A DNA stretch of 64,000 nucleotides from an uncultured Verrucomicrobiae bacterium (lineage in GTDB: Bacteria; Verrucomicrobiota; Verrucomicrobiia; Chthoniobacterales; JAFAMB01). Under the pieces are notes generated by a model that saw nothing but the letters and a program-made list of their open reading frames with translations, had not been told where the DNA came from and searched no databases. Each line of letters starts with the position of its first letter. The first letter of the stretch is position 1. Shown here piece by piece: positions 12,380 to 24,091 of this stretch. Made by a program: the position numbers and the translations under genes. The stretch covers positions 96,001-160,000 of the forward strand of contig CAWAIK010000003.1 of NCBI GenBank assembly GCA_963782115.1. Reading direction: 5' to 3'.

Positions 12380-12610
12380 GTGAACAAGACAACAGTCGTA
12401 GCATTGTTATTCAAGACGTTGCTTTTAGCGGGCGTGATACGCATCCTTGCTGTCGCTGGAGATTCCCTGATTGGCATCGTAGACACTGTTCGTGCTAGCA
12501 AAGACATAACATGGGTCCCACTGCGCCACAAAGATGTGGGCGCGTTTACATCCGGTACAAAAGCGACTCCAGCCAAGTCTTTCACACTAAGACGCCAGGT
12601 ACCTGAATAA
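12380..12610 (+). CDS. Small hypothetical protein with hydrophobic N-terminus (paralogue of 21189)
   Basis: About 60 aa alignable with the ORF at 21189, in the same position after LysR. Confidence 0.45.
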   Translation: MNKTTVVALLFKTLLLAGVIRILAVAGDSLIGIVDTVRASKDITWVPLRHKDVGAFTSGTKATPAKSFTLRRQVPE

Positions 12611-12662
12611 ATCTCAGTCCTATGCTGAATACCTTTCACTTTCGCAAGAGCAGAGTCTCTGG
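12604..12662 (+). promoter_or_regulatory. Paired LysR-type boxes plus conserved downstream tract
   Basis: TGAATAAATCTCA (12604) and TGAATACCTTTCA (12626), then CTTTCGCAAGAGCAGAGTCTCTGG. Confidence 0.7.
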
Positions 12663-12767
12663 CAAGTTATTATACGCAATACACAAGAGACGGGCGGACA
12701 TTAACAGGTTCCCGTGTACGCCTGCCAGTTTGCTGGGAGCATTTACTTAAACTACAGGACCAGATAA

Positions 12768-13739
12768 ATGCATCACACTAACAATGAACGAATCCAAAAC
12801 ATCAGCATACGGTGTCATGCCGTGATCTACGAAGCTTTTGCGATGGTGGTTGATTCAATGGCGATGCAGCATGCGAAATGGCTTGAGCATTGCTCGCGGA
12901 TCCCATGGCGTCGCCCTGTTCCGTCCCTGAATTATCTGCTTACGTCGACGTGCTGGCGGAACGACCACAATGGCTTCAGTCACCAAGGCCCCGGGTTCAT
13001 CGATAACATAGTGAATAAGAAACCGAGCGTCGTGCGAGTCTATCTACCTCCGGACGCTAACTGTTTGCTTTCCGTGGCGGATCATTGTTTGCGCAGCGGG
13101 AACTATCTCAATCTAATCGTGATTGATAAGCAACTTCAGCTTCAGTGGCTAAAGATGGATGATGCACGCGAACACTGCGCCCGAGGCGCCGGAACCTGGC
13201 AGTGGTGTAGCAATGATCAAGGCAAAGAACCAGATATCGTGTTGGCCTGCGCCGGCGATATCGCGACCCTGGAGACAGTCGCAGCGGCCTGGCTTTTGCG
13301 CCAGTATCTGCCTCAGCTGAAAGTGCGCGTGGTAAATGTGGTAGGCCTCATGTCGCTTTGCCCGCCAGATCGACATCCACACGGCATGACTAACGACAGT
13401 TTTATTGATCTTTTCACTTCAAACAAGCCTGTTATTTTCGCATTCCACGGTTATCCCGCGATCGTACACGGGCTTATTCACGGTCGACCCGAACCAGCGC
13501 GGTTTCACGCCCGCGGCTACATCGAAGAAGGCACGACGACCACCCCGTTCGACATGGTCGTATTAAACAAAATGAGTCGCATTCACCTCTGCATGGACGC
13601 GATCCGTCATGCGCCGGACATCGTCAATGCCGGAGAACTGTTAGCTAAAGGAGAAGCGTTGCTGGCGAAACATCGCGCCTATGTCCAAGAGCACTTTGAA
13701 GATTTACCGGAAATTAACGACTGGGTGTGGTCGGACTAG
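12768..13739 (+). pseudogene. xfp: Phosphoketolase, C-terminal part only
   Basis: QHAKWL, WRNDHNGFSHQGPG and [12 protein letters not shown]. The TPP-binding N-terminal part is absent. Confidence 0.9.
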
Positions 13740-13776
13740 ACACAGCTAAATAAATTGTAGCAGAAAGTTTTAAATC

Positions 13777-13827
13777 ATGAGTAAACAAGAACTTGCGGCC
13801 ATAGCACAGGCTATGGTTGCTCCTGGC
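13777..13827 (+). pseudogene. First 17 codons of class I fructose-bisphosphate aldolase
   Basis: MSKQELAAIAQAMVAPG and the upstream AGTTTTAAATC match the start at 24092. Confidence 0.8.
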
Positions 13828-13832
13828 ATGAC

Positions 13833-14738
13833 ATGAAAAAAAGCGACATCATTGAAAGATCACGCAAGTTCGCAGAGCATTACTGCGTCAGTAATGGTAA
13901 AGACTTCCGACTTAAGGATTTTGATCCTGCCGATACCGGCAAGGCAAGCTCTGAAGACAAACCAAGAGCAAAGGAACTGCTGGAGACCGGCATTCAAGCG
14001 CTCGCCCAATTGCAGGACGTGCTCTACGCGCAGGACCGGTGGTCAGTGCTGCTGATCTTTCAGGCGATGGATGCCGCGGGAAAGGATGGCGCGATCAAGC
14101 ACGTCATGTCCGGCGTTAATCCACAGGGCTGCCAGGTCTACTCATTCAAAAGCCCGTCGGCAGAGGACCTCAATCACGACGATCTCTGGCGCTGCATGAA
14201 ATGTCTGCCCGAACGCGGGCGGATCGGCATTTTCAACCGCAGCTACTATGAAGAAACGCTGGCCGTTCGCGTGCATCCTGAGTTGCTGGCAAAACAGAAG
14301 ATTCCGCAGCAGCTCGTGACAAAAGAAATCTGGGAGGAGCGCTACAATGACATCCGGCACTTCGAGCGCTACCTCGCCCACAACGGCGTCGTCATTCGAA
14401 AGTTCTTTCTCTATCTCTCCCGAGCTGAACAGAAAAATCGCTTCCTTGAGCGGCTCGATAATCCCGCGAAGAACTGGAAATTCTCATCTGGAGATTCGCG
14501 CGAGCGGGGCTTTTGGAAAGAATATATGAAAGCCTACGAGGATACGATCTGCAACACGGCAACCGATCATGCGCCCTGGTATGTGGTACCGGCGGACAAC
14601 AAGTGGTTTACCCGAGTCGTCGTTGCGGCGGCTGTCATCGGCGCACTCGCATCTTTGGACCTCCAGTATCCCGAAGTCATTGAAGCACAGCGCAATGCAC
14701 TTGCGGCGGCAAAGGAAGCACTGATCGGGGGCGACTAA
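13833..14738 (+). CDS. ppk2: Polyphosphate kinase 2 family protein
   Basis: FQAMDAAGKDG, FNRSYYEE, KNWKFS and APWYVVPADNKW. Confidence 0.93.
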   Translation: MKKSDIIERSRKFAEHYCVSNGKDFRLKDFDPADTGKASSEDKPRAKELLETGIQALAQLQDVLYAQDRWSVLLIFQAMDAAGKDGAIKHVMSGVNPQGCQVYSFKSPSAEDLNHDDLWRCMKCLPERGRIGIFNRSYYEETLAVRVHPELLAKQKIPQQLVTKEIWEERYNDIRHFERYLAHNGVVIRKFFLYLSRAEQKNRFLERLDNPAKNWKFSSGDSRERGFWKEYMKAYEDTICNTATDHAPWYVVPADNKWFTRVVVAAAVIGALASLDLQYPEVIEAQRNALAAAKEALIGGD

Positions 14739-14990
14739 GCTTTGCAGTATAATCTTAATCGAACCACATTCATGGCGAGATAATGATGCCGTCCTGGTCC
14801 CAATACTTCCTCAGTGCGAGCGGATTACGAAAGCCGAAAACAGGTGATCGATCAGGCATTAAGTCTCCATCTTGGCGAAAATCGCCGAGAACCCGAATGT
14901 ATATTCGTGTCAACAAGAACGAACTTTCACATGGGGGAGCGAAACCCGCTCTCATCCGCAGAGCTTCGACCGAGCAGCTGAATCAATGAC

Positions 14991-15024
14991 TGAACTGAAT
15001 TCAGTTAAAAATGAACACCTTTCA
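14991..15024 (+). promoter_or_regulatory. Paired LysR-type boxes
   Basis: TGAACTGAATTCA (14991) and TGAACACCTTTCA (15012). Confidence 0.65.
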
Positions 15025-15092
15025 CTTGGCAGGCGAGCGGGAATCCGTACAGATTGAAGGACGAACAAAAAAGCGAATACAGAGAGGACCGA

Positions 15093-15440
15093 ATGGCAAT
15101 TACACGTGACCTGATGGATACCACGAGAATCCAGCGAACAATGAGAGTCTTTCCGTACGAGGAAGCCAAGGCAGCAACCAAGCGTTTCCTCGAAGAATCA
15201 ATGATAGAATCAGAGGTGCTCACGAACTGGGATTCATCTTTCGCGAAGTACATCGAGGAACACAAGAACTCGAAGCTTCTCTGCTGCTGGTACGCACAAG
15301 GTGTTGCAATCGTTTTCAGCCCTTCTGATCATCATGGTGTCTGGGCTATGCAGCGGGAAGGGATTACTGGGAAAGGGGTGCTACCCGAATATGCGCTGGA
15401 GATTGTGGAACGTATAGCTAAAGAAAAGGCACTAGCCTAA
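15093..15440 (+). CDS. Uncharacterised 115-aa protein (copy B)
   Basis: Intact ORF with AGAGGA RBS and a near-identical paralogue at 34742. Confidence 0.8.
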   Translation: MAITRDLMDTTRIQRTMRVFPYEEAKAATKRFLEESMIESEVLTNWDSSFAKYIEEHKNSKLLCCWYAQGVAIVFSPSDHHGVWAMQREGITGKGVLPEYALEIVERIAKEKALA

Positions 15441-15449
15441 CGTATCCAA

Positions 15450-15510
15450 AGTTCTCAAAGATCAGACAGCCATCGGTATTGTCGCGCAGATCGATGAGCT
15501 TTTTGGCAGG
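15450..15510 (+). mobile_element. IS66-family transposase remnant
   Basis: KDQTAIGIVAQIDELFG, repeated and extended at 35105. It resembles the TnpC region after the RRKF motif. Confidence 0.5.
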
Positions 15511-15939
15511 CTCAAATCCGGCGTCTGGCTACTTTCTCGGCATGGCCTATGCCGTCGCTTATTCTTTCGGCATCGTATGCTATTGGTACGCAGAGTCTTT
15601 TCCATCGATGTCGATTTGGAGGCTAGAACCGTAGAGCTCACCGCCAATGCAAGTGGGCGGACACCGGATTTCATCGATCTGGAAGTTGCCGATGTGATTG
15701 CACTAGCTAGCCTGGGGCGAACTAGCAATGTCTCGCCGCCATTCTGCACTGGAGGCAGATAGGCGTCGATCTGCATGGTTGCATCTGAGGCGTGAACATG
15801 GGGATTGACTGACAAGGCAATGTTAGACAAAGACAATGCATATTCTGCGATCACTTGGGTTTCTAATTTCTAATGACGCCCCAGGCTAGTGCAATCACAT
15901 CGGAAACGCCAGCAACGCCTTTCAGCTATGAACGCGACC

Positions 15940-16170
15940 ATCAAGAAGGAGACCAGGAATGACCGCGAGGTAGAAGACCAGGCGGATGTCGAGGTCGCAA
16001 CACGATGAGCAGCAAGACAGCGAGCAACGGACCCAGGAACGCCCCCGCGTTATCGCCGACTCCCTCGAGCCCGAAGGCCCTTCCTCTGTTCGCCTCGTCC
16101 ACTGAAGAAGCGATGAGCGCGGGGCAGAGCGAGCGCCGGTGCCGAGACGGTCCAGGAATCGTCCACCCAG
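15940..16170 (-). pseudogene. MFS transporter internal fragment
   Basis: FLDRLGTGARSAPR and LIASSVDEANRGRAFGLEGVGDNAGAFLGPL. Confidence 0.75.
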
Positions 16171-18456
16171 GCTTATCTGCGGAACGCACGTTATATCTAT
16201 CTTCGTTGGGGAGCACTCGTCAAAGTACATCAGCTCGATCAGCGCTACCCGGCGATCGAGGAGCAACCCCGTTTAGCTCCTACTAGGACAATGGGTACGC
16301 CGATTGGACAGCTGGATCTAGAGACAGTGATAAAGGCTTCCCAAGCGGTCTCTGGGGAGATCGTCCTGCAGAAGTTAATTGAGTCTCTCATGGTGCTTGT
16401 CCTTGAGCACGCTGGCGCCGAACGCGGCTTATTGATCCTGCCTCACGGCGAGGACTATCGGATTGAGGCAGAAGCCGGGAGCACCTCCGAAGGGGTGACC
16501 GTTCGTCTGCGGCAAGAGACTTTTACCCCATCTGAGCTGCCCGAGTCGCTAATTCGTTATGTGATCCGGACTCGCGAGCAGGTGATTCTGGATGACGCCT
16601 CGATTGAGAATCTCTTTTCCGAGGACGAGTACCTCCGTCAAAGAGGCCCCAGGTCAGTCCTCTGCCACTCGTGAAGCAGGCCAAACTAGTGGGCGTGCTA
16701 TATCTGGAGAACAACTTGGCGCCGCGGGTGTTCACGCTTAACCGGCTGACGATGCTGGAGCTGCTGGCCTCTCAGGCCGCAATCTCTTTGGAGCACGCCC
16801 AGCTCTATGCCGACCTCGCCCGGCTGAATGCTGAGCTAACGCAAGAGAACAGCGAACGAAAGAAGGCCGAAGAAGCTCTGCGTGCCAGTGAGGAGCGCTT
16901 GCAGGATGTCATAGACAACACCTCAGCGGTCATTTTCGTCAAGGATCTCAAACTTCGTTTCATCTTGGTCAATCACGAATTAGAACGCAGGCATGGTGTT
17001 GAGCGCGACCAAATCCTCGGCAAAACTGACTTTGATATTCTTCCTTATGATGTAGCCGAAGGGGTGCGTGCAAACGACCGGAGGGTCATCGAAGGCGGCG
17101 TGCCAATTCAGTTTGAGGAGGCGGTGCCCTGGGCTGGGGGCAAACGTTCGTACGTCTCCGCGAAAATTTCTCCTGCGCGACCAAACGGGAAAGCCGTATC
17201 CGGTTTGTGGCATCGCGACGGACATCACTGCCTTGAAGCACGCAGAGGAAATGCAGGCAGCCATAGCCCGCGAGCAGGAGATGTTTGCACGGCAGCGAGT
17301 TAGCGAGCTGGCGAAAGCGAACGAAGCCCTCCGGGGATGTCTGGATGCGCTCGCCTCGGTCCCGGAACTGGATGACTTCCTTGGGCAAGTCATGGCCGCC
17401 ATCACCCGGCAATTGGATGCTGTCTCTTCGTCGTTGCGAATGCTTAACCTCGAACAAAACACCTTGACCCTGGAGCTCGTCTTCCAAGACGGCCGTGTAA
17501 TGTCGCCTGCCGAAGCGAGCTATCCAGAATCCTCGCGATCCCTCTCGCCGGACGAACAAGGGGTCGCCACTTTTCTGGATCAGCCAACGACTGTGATGCA
17601 TATTCTCGATCCGCGTTCGCCAATTGCTGAAGCCCAGCGCTCCTATCTGCTTGGACTGGGTATAAAGACCTTATTGATCATACCTTTAAGCTCGGGCGGT
17701 CAGGTCAACGGCCGATTAGACTTTCGTTTTACTGAGGAGCGCACTTTTGGCCCGGAAGAACTCGAAATCGCTAGAGCCTTAGCTACCCAAGCCAGCCTGG
17801 CGATTCAACTCACTCGTTTGGCGAAAACCGCCAGGCAATCTGCCGTTCTCGAAGAGCGAAATCGGCTGGCTGGCGAGATCCATGATTCGCTGGCTCAAAG
17901 TTTTACCGGAATCGCCTTGCAATTAGAGCTTGCCCAAGAGGAAATGGTTGGAAATGAAGGCGGCCCCCTCGGCTATATTCGGCACGCCCATGAGACGGCA
18001 AAGTTCGGCTTGGCCGAAGCGCGCCGATCCGTCCATAGTTTACGATCAAGTGTCCCTCGTGAATCAGGATTCGTCACCGTGCTGCAAAGTTTGGTCGAAC
18101 GCTCGAATTTGGCGGGCCGGTTGCGTTGTGATTTTCGGTCCAACCGCATACCCGAAGAAAGCTTGCCGGCCACGGTACAGCATCAGCTTTTACGCATCGC
18201 CCAGGAGGCGATCAGCAACGCCGTTCGCCACGCCAAAGCGACCATCGTTACTGTGACTCTTCGCTGGGATCCACCTAATCTCATTTTGCAAGTGACAGAT
18301 AATGGATCCGGGATCTCCAGCGCTCGCCTTGAGAAAAGCGACGGTGTCGGACTGGGTAGTATGCGAGACAGAGCTGCGCAGATCGACGCAAACCTAGAAA
18401 TCCAGACTGCCGCCGGCCACGGAACAAGTATTATTGTGACTATGCCGATTGCATAA
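16171..18456 (+). pseudogene. C-terminal part of a second STK/AAA-type sensor kinase (GAF-PAS-GAF-HisKA_3-HATPase), frameshifted
   Basis: Begins at AYLRNARY (compare 9990). Frameshifts near 16665 and 17165. H-box and DNGSG/GLGSM are present. Confidence 0.9.
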
Positions 18457-19104
18457 TGAAATCCGCTATGAAGGCAATAAATAAAATACGCGTTATGATC
18501 GCTGACGATCATCCGGTCGTGCTGCAGGGCCTGACTGCCATTCTCAGATCGGCGAAGGACATAAAAGTCGTGGCAGAAGCTACTGATGGCGAGCAAACCT
18601 GCCAGCTCTATGATCAGCTCTCCCGATGTTCTGATGCTCGATCTTCGGATGCCGACGAAGGATGGACTGGAAGTTGTTGCTGAACTGATGTCGCGCGCCG
18701 GCAGACCAAAACCGCGGATTATAGTGATGTCAACTTACGAGAGCGAAGAAGATGTTCGCCGCGCGTTACGGGCTGGCGCCAAGGGCTACCTGGTCAAAGG
18801 GGCAGGTGCTCAACAGATCCGGGAGGCTGTGCGGAAAGTCGCTGAATGAGAAGTTTTCCTTCCGGCGACGATCGCCACAAAACTTGCAGAATCGATGTCT
18901 CATCCTGAACTCTCGAAACGTGAGCTTGAAGTTTTGCAATATATTGCCAACGGCAGAAGCAATAAGGAAATAGGAACAATTCTCTTTATCAGCGAGAACA
19001 CGGTAAGGGGCCACGTAAAGTCTATACTGACAAAGCTGGACGCGATGGGCCGTACGGAAGCTATTGCCATCGGTACCCAGCGCGGGCTAATACAAGCGCG
19101 CTAG
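18456..19104 (+). pseudogene. NarL/LuxR response regulator, two frameshifts
   Basis: IADDHPVV, DLRMP and LSKRELEVL...SNKEI fall in three frames. Confidence 0.88.
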
Positions 19105-19116
19105 ACTCAGAACTGA

Positions 19117-19735
19117 ATGGCGCATACTGCAACAGAACAGATACGTGTGATCATCGCGGACGATCACCCAATCGTTCGGGAAGGGTTAGCTGCAATTCTC
19201 GGATCGCAAGAGGACATCAAAATCGTGGCCGAGCTACTGATGGCGAGGAGGCCTGCGAACTCCATGATCAGCTTTCTCCCGACGTCCTTATGCTCGATCT
19301 CCGGATGCCGAAGAAGGACGGTCTACAAGTTCTCACTGAACTGATGTCACGCCGAGTGCCCGAGCCACGGATTATCGTGATGACAGCCTATGAGAGCGAA
19401 GAAGATCTTCGCCGCGCATTAAATGCTGCAGCCAAAGGTTACCTTGTCAAAGGGGCAAATCCTCAACAGATCAAGGGCGGCAATTCGGACGGTTGCCGCG
19501 GGACAATCCTTGCTTCCAGCGGAGATCGTTAAACTTGCGGAATCGCCGGCGCATTCTGAACTCTTGGAGCTTGAGCTTCAGGTTCTGCAAATATATACAT
19601 GGAGATAGGACAAATTCTCGATATCAGCGAAGATACAGTAAAGGGTCACATAAGGTCTATACTCACAAAGTTGGACGCAATGGGCCGTACAGAAGCCATT
19701 GCCATCGCTGCCAAGCGCGGGCTTATCCAAGCGGG
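19117..19735 (+). pseudogene. Second NarL/LuxR response regulator, multiple frameshifts
   Basis: IADDHPIVREGL, DLRMPKKDGL and a degraded HTH. Confidence 0.85.
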
Positions 19736-20053
19736 TTATCTTCAGGACTCTCTCTCATATCGTCCTCCGTTATCCTGAAGTGTTTCACTCTTTCTGGTGG
19801 TGAAGGAGTAATCGATTCGGGGTCGGGAAAAACCACTCGTTCTGGTCGGGAAAAGACCACTCAACCTGCGTATGGCGAGTGGGAGTGCCAGATGTTAAGA
19901 GTAAGGAGGAGATAGGAAGCACCAACGCGGGTGTGCTAACAAGAGAAAGGGAACCGCGCAAGAACATGAGGAACTCCTTGGGCTCGCCAAGAAGAATAAA
20001 CTTCCGAAACACGTTGTAGATTACTACCGACCATAATTTGAAGGAGACAAACG

Positions 20054-21163
20054 ATGATTAGTGAACATGTGACGGTTGACGCGGATGGCACAAGGTTTTC
20101 GAGGCGCTTCGGTCCCGCAGCGCAGGGACACCTGAAAGCACTTTCGAAAAGCGACACCAAAAAGTGCCAGAATTATGCCAAGCCGCAGGCGGAGACCATG
20201 CACATTCGGATGATCGACCTCAATCTGTTCCGGGTGTTCGACGCTATGATGCTGCATCGAAGTGTGCGTAGAGCGAGCCAAATGCTTTCGGTAACTCCGT
20301 CGGCGGTCAGCCACGCCTTGAGCAGGCTACGGCAGTCGATTGGCGATGAGCTTTTCATTCCCAGCGGGTTTGGCATGCAACCTACTCGACGCGCGCTTGA
20401 TTTGGCCTCGGGCGTTCGCGAGGGATTAGAGAAAATCGAATTGGCTTTGAGGGAGGAGGAATCTGTGCCGGCGGATGCTCTCCGGACCTTCCGCATCGCG
20501 GCGTGTGAATACGCTTGTATGGTTATTCTCCCGTCGCTTGCCGAACGGTTAGCTAAGAGCGCGCCGCATGTTGATCTGCGGGTATTTCCGTCCAATCGCC
20601 TCGATGTTGGTCGGCAACTTGAGAAGGGTCAGGCGGATCTGGTGATCGGCCGTTTCGACAAGCTACCTGAAGGCATACGTCGCTCAACTCTTTTGCGGGA
20701 GGACGAGGTAATTGTGGTGCGTGCTGGGCACCCGTTGACCCACAGTAAGTTAACCAAAGAAAGACTCATCGAATTTCCACACCTAGTCGTAGTGCTGACC
20801 GGGGTGGAGGAGAATGAAGCCAATGGCTTTACGAACGACGAGGGGGTGGCGCAACGAATCTGGATTGAGCGTGCCTTACACGAGTTTCAAGACGGAAAGA
20901 TTGATCCAGCCGGTCGTGCGGCCATTTGCGTGCCGCACTTTGCAGCGATGGCTCCTTTTCTCCAATTGACCGACATGGTAACGACGTTACCGCGCCGGCT
21001 TGCGCTTTGGGCCGCTGCGCAGGCTCCCCTCGTATTACTGGATCTGCCCTGCACATCGATGACAATAAACATAGAGATGCTATGGGACCAAAGCGCGGAC
21101 CGCGATCAAGGTCTCCAGTGGCTGGTAAACGAATTGGCTGCGTCTACGGTGGATCTCGGGTAA
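20054..21163 (+). CDS. LysR family transcriptional regulator
   Basis: DLNLFRVFDAMMLHRSVRRASQMLSVTPSAVSHALSRLR, with an AAGGAG RBS. Confidence 0.92.
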   Translation: MISEHVTVDADGTRFSRRFGPAAQGHLKALSKSDTKKCQNYAKPQAETMHIRMIDLNLFRVFDAMMLHRSVRRASQMLSVTPSAVSHALSRLRQSIGDELFIPSGFGMQPTRRALDLASGVREGLEKIELALREEESVPADALRTFRIAACEYACMVILPSLAERLAKSAPHVDLRVFPSNRLDVGRQLEKGQADLVIGRFDKLPEGIRRSTLLREDEVIVVRAGHPLTHSKLTKERLIEFPHLVVVLTGVEENEANGFTNDEGVAQRIWIERALHEFQDGKIDPAGRAAICVPHFAAMAPFLQLTDMVTTLPRRLALWAAAQAPLVLLDLPCTSMTINIEMLWDQSADRDQGLQWLVNELAASTVDLG

Positions 21164-21188
21164 AAACCAACAACCAAAGAGCAAAGAC

Positions 21189-21509
21189 GTGAAAAAGCAA
21201 ACAGTCGCAGCATTGTTAGTCAAGACGCTGGTTTTGGCGGGCGTGATACGCCTCCTTGGTGTCGCTGGAGATTCCCTGATCGGCGGCATAGAAACTGTTC
21301 GTGATAGCAAAGACATAACATGGATCCCACTACGCTACAAAGATGTGGGCGCCTTCGTTGCCGGTGCAGAAGCGCATCTGAACGAGTCTTTCCCATTGAA
21401 GACACCTGCATCGGCTTTAACCTCTCGGATTCGACTGAATGAATCTCAGTCAACTGCTGAATACCTTTCACTTTCGCAAGAGCAGAGTCTCTGGAATGAT
21501 TCCCGGTAA
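21189..21509 (+). CDS. Small hypothetical protein (paralogue of 12380)
   Basis: Shared N-terminal 60 aa. The 3' part overlaps the regulatory boxes. Confidence 0.4.
   Translation: MKKQTVAALLVKTLVLAGVIRLLGVAGDSLIGGIETVRDSKDITWIPLRYKDVGAFVAGAEAHLNESFPLKTPASALTSRIRLNESQSTAEYLSLSQEQSLWNDSR
21436..21494 (+). promoter_or_regulatory. Paired LysR-type boxes upstream of xfp
   Basis: TGAATGAATCTCA (21436) and TGAATACCTTTCA (21458), then CTTTCGCAAGAGCAGAGTCTCTGG. Confidence 0.72.
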
Positions 21510-21563
21510 CCACTATGACAAACACAAACACAGATATTAAGTAGATTGCGGGAGGAAACTTGT

Positions 21564-24017
21564 ATGACTGAAGATCGACACAAAGAGATATCCGATGACC
21601 ACCCTGAAAACGCGATCTCTGCGTACGGGACGGCCCGCTCGACGGTGCAGGGTGCCCCGCTCAGCTCCGAGGAGCTACGCGAGATCGACGAGTACTGGCG
21701 TGCCAGCCTCTACTTGTGCTTGGGGATGCTGTACCTCCAGGACAACCCCCTGCTCCGTGAGCCGCTCAAGATCGAGCACATCAAGCCGCGCATGCTGGGG
21801 CACTGGGGCTCCGACGCCGGCCAGTGTTTCACCTACATCCACTTCAACCGGCTGATCAACAAGTACGACCTGAACGCGATCTACGTTTCCGGCCCTGGTC
21901 ACGGGGCCCCTGCGGTCCTGTCCCAGGGCTACCTCGAGGGCACCTACTCCGAGGTCTATCCGGACAAGACTGAAGATGTGAAAGGGATGCAGCGTTTCTT
22001 CAAGCAGTTCTCTTTCCCCGGCGGAATTGGCAGCCACGCTACGCCCGAAACGCCCGGCAGCATCCACGAAGGGGGCGAACTCGGCTACAGTATCTCCCAC
22101 GCCTACGGGACGGTCTACGACAACCCGGACCTGATTACGCTCGTGATGGTGGGCGACGGCGAGGCCGAGACCGGCCCCCTGGCCACAAGCTGGCATAGCA
22201 ACAAGTTCCTCAACCCGATCCGGGACGGGGCGGTGCTGCCGGTGCTGCACCTCAACGGCTACAAGATTAACAACCCCACGCTGCTAGCCCGGATCAGCCA
22301 TGAGGAGCTGGAGGCATTGTTCGTCGGTTACGGCTATACCCCGTATTTCGTCGAAGGCAGTGAAGCCGACAGCATGCACCAGGCGATGGCCGCTACCCTG
22401 GAGCACTGCGTTCTGGAGATCCGCAAGATCCAGAATGAGGCGCGGCGGACCGGCAAGGCGTCGCGGCCGCGCTGGCCCTTGGTCATTCTGCGCAGCCCCA
22501 AGGGCTGGACGGCCCCGCGGAAGGTGGACGGGCAATACCTGGAAGGCTTCTGGCGCGCGCACCAGATCCCGCTGCCGGACGTCCACTCCAACCCCGCTCA
22601 CCTGCAACTGCTGGAAAAATGGCTGCGCAGCTACGAGCCGGAAAAGCACTTCGACCAAGCGGGCCGACTCATCCCGGAACTGCGGGCGCTGCCGCCGAAG
22701 GGGACTCGACGGATGAGCGCCAACCCCGTCGCCAACGGCGGACTGCTCCGCAAGCCCCTGGACATGCCGGACTTCCGCACCCTCGGCGTCGACGTCAAGA
22801 AACCAGGAACAATCCAGGTCGGTAACTGCGGCTTCCTCGGCGCCTTGATGCGGGAGATCATGCGGCTGAACAAGGACAACTTCCGGCTCTTCGGGCCCGA
22901 CGAGTCACAATCCAACAGGCTCGACGCCGTGTACGAGGTCAGCGGAAAGGCGTGGCTCGGCGAGTATTTCCCGGAGGACGCTGACGGCGGCAACCTGGCC
23001 CCAGACGGGCGCGTCATGGAGATGCTCAGCGAGCACACCTTGGAAGGTTGGCTGGAGGGCTACATCCTGAGCGGCCGGCACGGCCTGATTAACAGCTACG
23101 AGTCGTTCGTCCACCTCATCGATTCGATGGTCAACCAGCACGCTAAGTGGCTGGAGAAGTGCAACGAGCTGCCGTGGCGGATGAAGATCTCCTCTCTCAA
23201 CATCCTGGTCAGCGGCCTGGTCTGGCGGCAGGACCACAACGGGTTCACGCACCAGGACCCCGGCTTCCTCGACGTGGTGGCGAATAAGAGCCCCAGCATC
23301 GTGCGCATCTACCTGCCGCCCGACGCCAACTGCCTGCTCTCGGTCGGCGACCACTGCTTCCGCAGCGAGAACTACATCAACGTCATCGTCGCGGACAAGC
23401 AGCCGCAAGACATGCAGTACCTGGACATGGAGGCGGCGATCGCCCACTGTACCAAGGGCCTGGGCATCTGGAACTGGGCGAGCAACGACCAGGGGACCGA
23501 GCCCGACGTGGTGCTGGCGAGCTGCGGCGACGTGCCGACGGTGGAATGTTTGGCCGCCACCGCCCTGCTGCGGGAGCACCTCCCCGACGTGAAGGTCCGG
23601 GTCGTGAACGTCGTGGACCTGTTCAAGTTGCTGCCCAGCACTGAACATCCGCACGGCATGACGGACCGCGATTTCGAGGCCGTCTTCACGCCGGACAGGC
23701 CGGTGGTCTTTACCTTCCACGGATACCCTGGGCTGATCCACCGACTCACCTACAGGCGGCCGAGCCAGCACAACATCCACGTGCGCGGCTACAAGGAGCA
23801 CGGCAACATCAATACGCCGCTGGAGCTGGCCATCCGCAACGAGACCGACCGCTTCACCCTGGCCATGGATGCCATCGACCGCATCCCCCGCTTGCGCGTC
23901 AGCGCGGCCGGCCTCCGCGATGAACTGGCCAACCAGCGGATCGCGTGCGAACAGCATGCTTATCGGTTCGGCATCGACCGACCAGACATCACAGACTGGA
24001 AGTGGCCTTACGAATAA
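21564..24017 (+). CDS. xfp: Xylulose-5-phosphate/fructose-6-phosphate phosphoketolase
   Basis: [34 protein letters not shown] and [14 protein letters not shown], with a GGAGG RBS. Confidence 0.96.
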   Translation: MTEDRHKEISDDHPENAISAYGTARSTVQGAPLSSEELREIDEYWRASLYLCLGMLYLQDNPLLREPLKIEHIKPRMLGHWGSDAGQCFTYIHFNRLINKYDLNAIYVSGPGHGAPAVLSQGYLEGTYSEVYPDKTEDVKGMQRFFKQFSFPGGIGSHATPETPGSIHEGGELGYSISHAYGTVYDNPDLITLVMVGDGEAETGPLATSWHSNKFLNPIRDGAVLPVLHLNGYKINNPTLLARISHEELEALFVGYGYTPYFVEGSEADSMHQAMAATLEHCVLEIRKIQNEARRTGKASRPRWPLVILRSPKGWTAPRKVDGQYLEGFWRAHQIPLPDVHSNPAHLQLLEKWLRSYEPEKHFDQAGRLIPELRALPPKGTRRMSANPVANGGLLRKPLDMPDFRTLGVDVKKPGTIQVGNCGFLGALMREIMRLNKDNFRLFGPDESQSNRLDAVYEVSGKAWLGEYFPEDADGGNLAPDGRVMEMLSEHTLEGWLEGYILSGRHGLINSYESFVHLIDSMVNQHAKWLEKCNELPWRMKISSLNILVSGLVWRQDHNGFTHQDPGFLDVVANKSPSIVRIYLPPDANCLLSVGDHCFRSENYINVIVADKQPQDMQYLDMEAAIAHCTKGLGIWNWASNDQGTEPDVVLASCGDVPTVECLAATALLREHLPDVKVRVVNVVDLFKLLPSTEHPHGMTDRDFEAVFTPDRPVVFTFHGYPGLIHRLTYRRPSQHNIHVRGYKEHGNINTPLELAIRNETDRFTLAMDAIDRIPRLRVSAAGLRDELANQRIACEQHAYRFGIDRPDITDWKWPYE

Positions 24018-24091
24018 GCAATTAGAAGCAGGCCGGGAAGAGACAAATCCTTCCAGAACAAACTAACAATTATACTAGAAGTTTTTAAATC

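Noticed and set aside
19776..19790. Eighth LysR box (TGAAGTGTTTCA)
   Set aside because: It is only 12 bp and has no correctly spaced partner.
21675..23957. Long antisense ORFs over xfp (similar ones over the kinase and ackA)
   Set aside because: These are shadow ORFs produced by high-GC codon bias.
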